DNA of 64,000 nt from a virus (taxonomy: Duplodnaviria; Caudoviricetes): the IMG/VR virus record IMGVR_UViG_3300021088_000010, positions 451 through 64,450 of that record; one strand, given 5' to 3'. The position numbers and the translations under genes were made by a program. Below are positions 56,818 to 64,000 of this stretch, in pieces. The number at the start of each line of letters is the position of its first letter. Position 1 is the stretch's first letter. Under the pieces are notes generated by a model, which saw only the letters and a program-made list of their open reading frames with translations, had not been told where the DNA came from and did not search any database.

Positions 56818-57174
56818 GTGATGAAGAAGTTCTTATTGGCAATGGCAGCGGCTTTATTGTTGTTTCCTGTGAGTACCTCAATCAAGGCTCAAGGAAAGAA
56901 CGATACCGAGACAAACGCACAGATCGAAGCCGATCTGAGGCAGTATGAGGCATTTGGTGACGCTCATCACTTGTTCTCAACTTGTGGACGTGAAGCGGTT
57001 GGAAAGCCTTGGTTCGCTCGTTTGTATGATTTGGACGGCAAAGGTGCCTTCAAACACTGGGAAGAAGAAGATTACCCTACGTTAAAGGCAGCTATTACTG
57101 CTGTTGAAAAAGACTACTTGGCTCATCCCGAGGGAATGCCAAAAGGTCAAGTTGGGCACTACAAAGGTAATTAA
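56818..57174 (+). CDS. secreted hypothetical protein
   Basis: Signal peptide MKKFLLAMAAALLL. Confidence 0.6.
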   Translation: MMKKFLLAMAAALLLFPVSTSIKAQGKNDTETNAQIEADLRQYEAFGDAHHLFSTCGREAVGKPWFARLYDLDGKGAFKHWEEEDYPTLKAAITAVEKDYLAHPEGMPKGQVGHYKGN

Positions 57175-57197
57175 TCCTAGTTTTATGAAAGCCCACA

Positions 57198-57551
57198 GTG
57201 AAAATCCCTCGAATACCCTATTGGGAATTACTTATCGGTCCTTGGCTGGCTCTCGGCCTTGGTTTCCTCTCTAATGCGCTAGTTATGGCAGCCAATGGTG
57301 GGCAGATGCCTGTCCTGATGCCTCCTGGGTTTGGGGGAATCCCAGCAGACGATTGGATTCACTGTGTCATGACGGCGCAGACTCATCTAAAGTTCCTGGC
57401 TGATTGGATCGTTATTCGAGATATGGGGATTGCTAGTCCAGGTGATTTCTTGGAATGGGCCTATGAACTATCTGTGACACCGTTATTTGTAGCTTGGGGT
57501 GCTTTGACTCTTAAGAAACACCATGATGCAGAAGTAGCGAAAGGGAAGTAA
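57198..57551 (+). CDS. membrane protein, DUF5317-like
   Basis: NALVMAANGGQMPV...LADWI...SPGD. Confidence 0.75.
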   Translation: MKIPRIPYWELLIGPWLALGLGFLSNALVMAANGGQMPVLMPPGFGGIPADDWIHCVMTAQTHLKFLADWIVIRDMGIASPGDFLEWAYELSVTPLFVAWGALTLKKHHDAEVAKGK

Positions 57552-57835
57552 TGGCACATCAAGTTACACTAAATTGGACAGCTTCTACAGACGTTGTTGC
57601 AGGCTATAACGTCTATCGTGGCACTAATCCTCCCGGTAATGAGGGCGCAACGCCTATCAATGCCAGTCTGGTTGTAGGGACAACGTACATCGACACTGCT
57701 GTTACTGCCGGTGAGAAGCTGGACTACGTTGTCACCGCTGTGAGTTCGGCAGGGGTGGAATCAGTTCACTCTAACGAATCCGCAGTAACGGTGCCTATCT
57801 TTCCTCCCACGGGACTTGTGGCAGTGGCTTCTTAA
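57551..57835 (+). CDS. fibronectin type III single-domain protein
   Basis: VTLNWTAS...GYNVYRG...YIDTAV...YVVTAV...ES. Confidence 0.85.
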   Translation: MAHQVTLNWTASTDVVAGYNVYRGTNPPGNEGATPINASLVVGTTYIDTAVTAGEKLDYVVTAVSSAGVESVHSNESAVTVPIFPPTGLVAVAS

Positions 57836-57853
57836 GCTTCTTGAATTCTGGAA

Positions 57854-58474
57854 ATGGTGATGGACCATCAACCTATAGCCTATTTTGCCCGTCATGGTGA
57901 AACAGCGGGGAATGCTGCTGGAACTTTTAGGGGTCCATTGGATATACCACTGAATGCAGAAGGCCATCGAGATGCGAAGAACTTAGGGAAGTGGTTCGCT
58001 AATAAGGACATCAGTGCTGTATATGCATCTGATAAGCAGCGGACTCGGGACACAGCTGAAGCTATTGCTATTCCTAAGGGATTAAAAGTTCAAGTTACTC
58101 CTGAGTTGGGGCCTATTAACGTAGGCTATCTTGCTGGCGAACCAAAGAAGGACCATGAGAAGGTCATGGACTACTTTGAGAAGTACCCCAATGAGAAGAT
58201 TCCAATGGGGGAATCAGTCAATGAATTTAGAGCACGGACACAGCCACCCATTAAGAAAGTGCTGGTCGAAGGTGCGCATTCTCCTCATCCTGTGGTTGCT
58301 GTTGTTCATTCTAGTATTATTCATGAATTGAATCACATTATTACGGGAGACCATAATCAAACGCTTGTGAAGCCCGGTGGAGTTGTGGGGGTTTATAAGC
58401 ATCCACAGAAGGGTCTTGAGATAAAAGCGTTGTTGTACCCTGAGCGTGAGGAGGAGGTTCCATACCACGGTTAA
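57854..58474 (+). CDS. histidine phosphatase (phosphoglycerate-mutase-like)
   Basis: ARHGET, DIPLNAEG, ASDKQR, GES, VVH. Confidence 0.88.
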   Translation: MVMDHQPIAYFARHGETAGNAAGTFRGPLDIPLNAEGHRDAKNLGKWFANKDISAVYASDKQRTRDTAEAIAIPKGLKVQVTPELGPINVGYLAGEPKKDHEKVMDYFEKYPNEKIPMGESVNEFRARTQPPIKKVLVEGAHSPHPVVAVVHSSIIHELNHIITGDHNQTLVKPGGVVGVYKHPQKGLEIKALLYPEREEEVPYHG

Positions 58475-58657
58475 GGAGGGCTCCTTATAATGGCTAGTAC
58501 CAGGGAAAAATGTGAATCCACATATCACAGATATTATTCGCTTGAACCGCAAGCAACAGAAGATGGAAGTCAAATTCTGATAATCTCCATTTGTTCTAAC
58601 TGCGGCGATCCAATTGAATATCGTACGTCAATAAAAAAAGAAAAAGGAAACTAAAAA

Positions 58658-59500
58658 ATGTCTATTGCTAATGTCAATCTCAGTTATATTGGTCAACCTA
58701 AGCCTGCGGCTGGTGGACAGATTCTTGCTAATAGCAACCCCGGTCCTCTAGCTCGCACGCTAGTAGGGTTGGCTACAATTGTTCTAGATGGTGCAGCTAC
58801 GACTGGAACTATCAATTACATTGATGGAACCCAGACTTTTGGGAAGACCATCATTCTTCCTGTGCAATCAGTTGGGGCCTCTACCGGAACGACTCCTTCT
58901 CTAGTACTCACTGCTGTTGCTGCCTCTTCTGGTGGAAATGCGGTTTACACTGGAACGATTACTGGTGGTGCGTCTAACGGGCTCGTTGGTTTGACCTTCA
59001 CGGTTGCAGGATTTGTGAATCCGTCTAACAACGGTGTTTTTACTGCTGTTGCGTCTACAGCCACCACATTGACTCTTAATAACCCCAATGCAATCGCTGA
59101 GACCCACGCGGCTACCGCTCAAGCGGGGGTGGCGGCTTATAACTCTGTTTTCGGGGATGGTCAGGTTATCGTGGGTGATACGGTTGTGATCGCTGGTTTC
59201 ACGAATGCGGCTAACAACGGGACATTTATTGTGACAGCGGTTGGCAGTTCTTCTGTTACTGTTAACAACCTCGCGGCTGTCGCGGAAGTTAATCCTGCTG
59301 CAACTCTTAGCGACGTTCAGAATGCCACTCCTCTGGCGATTGCTCTTAACGTCACGGGTGGAACTCAGCAAGCTGCTGCTTGGGTGGGTATCAACGTCTC
59401 TACGATCACTTCAACTGGCTTTACCTATAAACTCAGTGGAGCGGGAACAGCGGCTAACACAATTGCTTTGGTTGCCTCTGTTTACATGCCGGGAATCTAA
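58658..59500 (+). CDS. virion decoration/fibre protein with two internal repeats
   Basis: VAGFVNPSNNGVF...NPNAIAE and IAGFTNAANNGTF...NLAAVAE. Confidence 0.6.
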   Translation: MSIANVNLSYIGQPKPAAGGQILANSNPGPLARTLVGLATIVLDGAATTGTINYIDGTQTFGKTIILPVQSVGASTGTTPSLVLTAVAASSGGNAVYTGTITGGASNGLVGLTFTVAGFVNPSNNGVFTAVASTATTLTLNNPNAIAETHAATAQAGVAAYNSVFGDGQVIVGDTVVIAGFTNAANNGTFIVTAVGSSSVTVNNLAAVAEVNPAATLSDVQNATPLAIALNVTGGTQQAAAWVGINVSTITSTGFTYKLSGAGTAANTIALVASVYMPGI

Positions 59501-59531
59501 CCTAAATAGGACAAAATAGAAAGGAAAAACT

Positions 59532-60659
59532 ATGAGCCTATTCAGGAATGAATCTCCTAATCTCGGTAAAAACACTACCTGTAACTGGTTGTCGGGTTCT
59601 GACGTTCTTGTTGCAAGGGATATGTACGCAATTCCCACAGCCGGACCTCATGAACAAGTTTTTGGACAACCCCCTCTCACTAACCTTGCTATTGATCCCA
59701 ACACTCAACGTAGCTATGCTATCGTAGCTCCTGCTGCGACTACCTTCACGCTAGGTGCGCCCTCACTAGGACCCCTCGTTTCGGGTTCTGGAGTTGGTCC
59801 TCTTAGTGATGGCAAGGTGCTTATTTTCAAATCCTTTACCAACTTCGCCCACATTATAAGTGCTCCCGGTCTAATCTTAAATGGGACATCTTCTACTCCG
59901 CTCGACTTTATTCAGTTTCCTCCCTTTGCGGGGGCTGCTGTAGAGTTGACGGCGTATCAGGGCTTTTGGCTTGTCAACAACTTTAGTCCTGTTGGAAATC
60001 CTGGTGTTGTTGTGGGTGCAGGCTCCCCAGGTGCTCCACAACTAGGCTTTGCCTCCACCTACGCTATCGGCGCTCGCGCAACAGAAACCGATGCGGGCAC
60101 TTCTTCGATTACTGGAAATGCATACCTGTCTCCGGGGACTTCGTTTAGCGGTAATACGACAGTCTCAGGTAGGACAGATATTAATAACGCTAACTCAACT
60201 CAAGCAGAAGCGGCAGTTCAGGCTGCTTATCTATACTTGGCTAGTCAAACTAGTACTAACGTGTTGCCAGGAAGTCTTAATAGCGTTACCATTACTCCAG
60301 GTGTTTGGACTGTGGCAACCTCTACGGGCACCACTGGAGCCGCTAACGTGAACTTCGATGCTCAAGGTAATGCCAATGCTATTTTCATCTTGCAAATTGG
60401 GACTACTTTGACATTCGGATCAGGAACAACCATCACGCTTCTTAATGGGGCTCAAGCTAAGAATATCTTCTGGCAGGTTGGCACTTCTGCAACATTTGCT
60501 GGAACAGGTGTTGTCTCCTTCAAAGGCAATCTCTTGGCTGCAGTTTCAATCTCAATGGGTACTTCGGGGGCCACTGTTGGTCGGCTCTTCGCAGGGTCCA
60601 ATGGGGATGCAACCGGGGCTCTCTCATTTGCAGGGACTAACACTGTTGTAACTCCATAA
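59532..60659 (+). CDS. structural protein with C-terminal ice-binding-like (DUF3494) domain
   Basis: ITPGVW, FDAQGNANAIFILQIG, LLNGAQAKNIFWQVGTSAT, FKGNLLA...GRLFA. Confidence 0.85.
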   Translation: MSLFRNESPNLGKNTTCNWLSGSDVLVARDMYAIPTAGPHEQVFGQPPLTNLAIDPNTQRSYAIVAPAATTFTLGAPSLGPLVSGSGVGPLSDGKVLIFKSFTNFAHIISAPGLILNGTSSTPLDFIQFPPFAGAAVELTAYQGFWLVNNFSPVGNPGVVVGAGSPGAPQLGFASTYAIGARATETDAGTSSITGNAYLSPGTSFSGNTTVSGRTDINNANSTQAEAAVQAAYLYLASQTSTNVLPGSLNSVTITPGVWTVATSTGTTGAANVNFDAQGNANAIFILQIGTTLTFGSGTTITLLNGAQAKNIFWQVGTSATFAGTGVVSFKGNLLAAVSISMGTSGATVGRLFAGSNGDATGALSFAGTNTVVTP

Positions 60660-60740
60660 AATTGTTCAACTCAAATAACGAGTTAACACCGCTTCGAGGG
60701 GTGCGCGGAAAATCACCCCCAAATATTAAACGAGGATGAA

Positions 60741-61766
60741 ATGGGAAACTTTGCCACCGACAAACTAGGCGCTGGTACAATCTTTTGGACGGCAACAGAG
60801 CGGCCAATTGTTGCGCCTAATGGAACCCTGTACTGGGATGTGACTGACGAGAACTTCTACATTCGGAAGTTCGATGCTTGGGTTGAATTGCTCACTGGTA
60901 GTTCTGGAACTGGGATTACTGGAACAATCGCAAACCATCAAATCGCATTTGGTACAGCTCCTAATACCATTGGAGGATCAAATAATTTAACCTTTGATAG
61001 TACTAATAATTATCTATTAGTAAAAGGTGCCGGTACAGGCAGCTTTATTGGAGCACCTTCTATTTCTGAGTTTCGGGTAGATAGCGGAGATGTTAGTAAT
61101 GCCATTGCGCTAACGACGGCTTTGCGCCCCGCTGCCGCTCTAGTAGCAGGTATGAGTGATGAGGGAATAGGATTCATTACGGGAAGTGGCGATGGAACTG
61201 TTTTTTCCTCTGTCAATTTTTTACTCAACGGCACCCTTGATTTAGAGGCATCCCATTCATCCTCCAGTGGCTCACAAATTCAACTGACTCCTACTACGGG
61301 AGTCATTATCCATGTTAGCGATGCAGGACAAGGCATCCAGATTTTAGGTTCCACTTCAGGTATAGCCAGAATAGGCGCGGCAGCGGTTGCGGGAACGCCC
61401 AATATCATTCTACTGCCGACGGCTACTGGCGCTGCGGGAACATTCCTTCAAACTAATGGCGCTAACCCTCAACAGACAAGTTGGGTTGCCGCCGGTAGTG
61501 TAATTGCCAGCGGCACAGCTACTATGCCCACAGGAGCACTTCCCGCAAATACTTCATCTGCTGCGGTTACAGTAGCAGGAGCGGGAATCCTAGCTACTGA
61601 TGCAATCGAATGGGCCTTTAACGCAGCCCCAGGAACAGGGTATACGGAAGGGGTATTCATTGCCGCATATGTAACCTCCGGTAACGTGAATTTTATCCAG
61701 ACAAACCCGACTGCTGTTAGTAGAACACCCGCAGCGGCGACTCTCAATTGGAGAGTTATCAGGTAA
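60741..61766 (+). CDS. tail fibre-like protein
   Basis: NGTLYWD, QIAFG...TIGGSNNLTFD, LPTATGAAGTFLQTNG...SWV fibre-type motifs. Confidence 0.65.
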   Translation: MGNFATDKLGAGTIFWTATERPIVAPNGTLYWDVTDENFYIRKFDAWVELLTGSSGTGITGTIANHQIAFGTAPNTIGGSNNLTFDSTNNYLLVKGAGTGSFIGAPSISEFRVDSGDVSNAIALTTALRPAAALVAGMSDEGIGFITGSGDGTVFSSVNFLLNGTLDLEASHSSSSGSQIQLTPTTGVIIHVSDAGQGIQILGSTSGIARIGAAAVAGTPNIILLPTATGAAGTFLQTNGANPQQTSWVAAGSVIASGTATMPTGALPANTSSAAVTVAGAGILATDAIEWAFNAAPGTGYTEGVFIAAYVTSGNVNFIQTNPTAVSRTPAAATLNWRVIR

Positions 61767-61786
61767 GAAGCCTTAGGAGGGCTCAA

Positions 61787-62014
61787 ATGAAAAAGAAACT
61801 GGAAGCTAAACTAAAAGAACTGCAAGCTGGACTTGCACAATCCATTGCCAATCAAAACGCATTCAACGGTGCAATTCAAATTGTGCAGCAGTTAATTAAA
61901 GAGGAAGAGGCTGCTGAAGTACCTACACAGCAGGAAAAGGTTACGAAGGCGCAGCTACCTAAGGCTTCAAATAGTCCCAAGGTCCTCACTCTTCCTACTC
62001 AACCGGCGAACTAA
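61787..62014 (+). CDS. small coiled-coil protein
   Basis: AGGAGG RBS before MKKKLEAKL. Confidence 0.6.
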   Translation: MKKKLEAKLKELQAGLAQSIANQNAFNGAIQIVQQLIKEEEAAEVPTQQEKVTKAQLPKASNSPKVLTLPTQPAN

Positions 62015-62015
62015 C

Positions 62016-62423
62016 GTGATTCTTCAAATCCTAGCTGCGGTTAACTTCATTCTAGGTTCCTATGACGCATGGGTCACGCAGCACAGGATGAAGGTTTTCG
62101 GTAAGAACTTTGAGTTGAATAGGTTAATTAAAGCAGTCGCCACCCACCTGGGTCCTGAGATCGCATCTGTTATCGGTGTCCTAGGACCATGTGTTGGGTG
62201 GACTTACATCTTCTGCTATTTCAATCTTTCGTGGGCGCTAGCCTTAATGGTTGGCTTCAACCTTAAACGGTTTGAACAACAGTTAACTAGCGTAGCTTTT
62301 GAACGAGAGGCACGTAAGATTCAGAAGATGATTAACGAGTTTGGGGCCTCCAACCCGTCCACCCTCCACGGGGGCGAATCAACGCCTTCTGAGGCCCCAT
62401 TTAATTCTAAGCGAGGTAAATAA
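62016..62423 (+). CDS. membrane protein, DUF5658-like
   Basis: DAWVT...ELN motif and hydrophobic helices; resembles 31453..31776. Confidence 0.5.
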   Translation: MILQILAAVNFILGSYDAWVTQHRMKVFGKNFELNRLIKAVATHLGPEIASVIGVLGPCVGWTYIFCYFNLSWALALMVGFNLKRFEQQLTSVAFEREARKIQKMINEFGASNPSTLHGGESTPSEAPFNSKRGK

Positions 62424-62590
62424 ATGTACGCTGATACAAAAAGTTCAAGAGAACTAGGGAAACTTTCCGGTAGGCTTTTAGACCTGGTTACGGAACTTGG
62501 TTCCCGTCGAGAGGATGACGATGAGGATGTTTTTGTCCGTCCTTCCGATTATGCTAAGTATGAGGCTCTATTAAGATTTGTGGAGTCTAA

Positions 62591-62923
62591 ATGGGTATCC
62601 TAAGTAAAAAAGACCAAGCTGACATCATTTCTCTAGCGATGGACCCTCAGAAGGTCACGCTTACGTGTGGGATTCATCATTTTGCCTATGGTGGAAAGAC
62701 TAAGCCTAATTTCAAGTGTAAGCGTTGTATGTTTACGCTTTTTATGGGTCTAGTCGCCAATACCCCTCCAGACAGTCAAAAAGACGTGGTGGAGATGCTG
62801 GAAGCTGAAGTCCACAGTATGATCGAGATGTCCAAGAGTAATGACGGCAAGCTACAGGACTTCTTCAAGCATCCTGAAGTCTACGTGAACGAAAAACGAA
62901 TTGGCGTACCCAAGGTGAACTAA
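62591..62923 (+). CDS. hypothetical protein
   Basis: CxxH/CxxC; GGAG RBS. Confidence 0.55.
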   Translation: MGILSKKDQADIISLAMDPQKVTLTCGIHHFAYGGKTKPNFKCKRCMFTLFMGLVANTPPDSQKDVVEMLEAEVHSMIEMSKSNDGKLQDFFKHPEVYVNEKRIGVPKVN

Positions 62924-63282
62924 TGGCGTCTGTAACAGCAATTTTTGGCGTGGATTACGGTAATACAATTACCACTGCGAATGCTGAGGGTACTTTGGCA
63001 GCCAGTGCAACTAGTGGGATTATCCAGCTAGGAAAGCGTCGTATCTTCATGGTGTCTTGTAAGGACACTACAACACCCGCCGCCTTGTCCCAGATTTCGT
63101 TTACATTTGGATTCTCTGGTGGAGTAACAGCCCCCGCTCCTGTAACAACCTCTCCATTCTGGAGTCTGTCTCAAGGTCTAGTATTTGATACAGGAGACCA
63201 TTACGATCAGATTCAATTGGCTAATTTTCACAACGGTGCTGACTCCATTGACTATTCTGTAGTCCTTTTAGATAAATTTTAA
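62923..63282 (+). CDS. small structural protein, paralog of 63282..63599
   Basis: Shared LAA..G.I..G.R.IF...FDTG...I.LAN...KF pattern. Confidence 0.6.
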   Translation: MASVTAIFGVDYGNTITTANAEGTLAASATSGIIQLGKRRIFMVSCKDTTTPAALSQISFTFGFSGGVTAPAPVTTSPFWSLSQGLVFDTGDHYDQIQLANFHNGADSIDYSVVLLDKF

Positions 63283-63599
63283 TGGCCACTTTATACTCAG
63301 TCTGGGTTCCGAATTCGGCTGTTAATCAGTCTGGTGGGGGGATTCTAGCTGCTAATACTAGCACAGGTCCTATTTACATAGGCTTTCGACAGATTTTTAG
63401 AATCTGGTCTAGCGCCACAATGAACATGAATATTGCTTTTGGTCCGAATAATCTAGTGGCAGCTCCAACCGCAACTATGTACGCCATTGGACCTGTTCCT
63501 CAAGAGTTCGATACGGGAAACGAGAACTCTTACATAAATCTGGCTAATAATAATACATCTGTTAGTTCTTTTTACTACCAGATTATGAATAAGTTTTAG
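63282..63599 (+). CDS. small structural protein, paralog of 62923..63282
   Basis: Same shared pattern; TAATG coupling. Confidence 0.6.
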   Translation: MATLYSVWVPNSAVNQSGGGILAANTSTGPIYIGFRQIFRIWSSATMNMNIAFGPNNLVAAPTATMYAIGPVPQEFDTGNENSYINLANNNTSVSSFYYQIMNKF

Positions 63600-63607
63600 G
63601 TGAGGGT

Positions 63608-63799
63608 ATGCTAGATACTATCAAGGGATATTTTCAAGACATCCGTATTTTAAGGCACAATCTACAGATAATCAAGGACCAAAATGAGGTTCGACTGGAA
63701 CACGCAACACTTCCTCAAAAAGAGTGCTCTGAGTGTTTCTTGTTAATTGACGAACGTGCCCGACGCTGCCCTTATTGCACAACAATCTTAATAGCATAG
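63608..63799 (+). CDS. small zinc-ribbon protein
   Basis: CSEC...ARRCPYC. Confidence 0.55.
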   Translation: MLDTIKGYFQDIRILRHNLQIIKDQNEVRLEHATLPQKECSECFLLIDERARRCPYCTTILIA

Positions 63800-63805
63800 A
63801 TAACA

Positions 63806-64000
63806 ATGGCTGAATTTACATTTGACGCTAACAATTTCCTGAAGGTTACCTCTGTTGGGAGTGGCGGGGGTGGCAGTAATGTGGATATTTTTGACTCTGC
63901 TGGTAATTCTTTAACCTCAACTGCTGGCTCCTTAAACGTCAATGTTACAAATACTTCTCCTACAGCGGGTACGCTATCTAAAAATACCCCTGCTCCAATT
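63806..64000 (+). CDS. 3'-partial fibre/decoration protein, probably the N-terminus of the ORF at the window start
   Basis: MAEFTFDANNFLKV...LTSTAGSLNVNVTN matches LTNTAGSLNVNVTN near the start of the window. Confidence 0.65.
   Translation, partial: MAEFTFDANNFLKVTSVGSGGGGSNVDIFDSAGNSLTSTAGSLNVNVTNTSPTAGTLSKNTPAPI

Larger units (their letters stand above)
4887..62155. repeat. dispersed motif GGACCC-N3-6-GGGTGG, 16 copies
   Basis: + strand at 4887, 10239, 19179, 28025, 34986, 43878, 52466, 56365; - strand at 9251, 19020, 24955, 36149, 40274, 44903, 54422, 62140. Confidence 0.9.

Noticed and set aside
1-64000. CRISPR array or diversity-generating retroelement
   Set aside because: No regularly spaced direct repeats, no RT and no adenine-variant repeat pair noticed.
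1-64000. Stop-codon reassignment
   Set aside because: Core genes are full length in the standard code, and TAA, TAG and TGA all end well-packed genes.

Overview
Near-complete genome of a tailed dsDNA phage with a podovirus-type virion (short tail, ejected internal proteins), apparently circularly permuted. The + strand late block runs from ~54.8 kb (small and large terminase, decoration/fibre genes) and probably continues across the window edge through portal, scaffold, major capsid, GH108 lysin/holin, tail adaptor/nozzle and three ejection proteins to ~24.8 kb. The - strand block (~54 kb down to ~24.4 kb) holds many small early genes, a phiEco32-like peptide-ligase cluster (two COOH-NH2 ligases, class II GATase, ATP-grasp, GGCT), an ECF sigma factor, a recombination module, a UDG-fused family A DNA polymerase and nucleotide-metabolism genes. 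Four HNH endonucleases are scattered through the genome. The most unusual signals are non-coding: (i) 16 copies of GGACCC-N3-6-GGGTGG spread over the genome in both orientations, many inside genes; (ii) three matching ECF-type promoters TGACAC-N16-CGTATAATTAA that fit the phage sigma factor; (iii) several strongly structured intergenic RNAs, one closed by a 24/25-bp inverted repeat and some sharing a 5' leader; (iv) CACAA-loop hairpins ahead of head-region genes. All protein calls are from motif recognition by eye; no searches were run.
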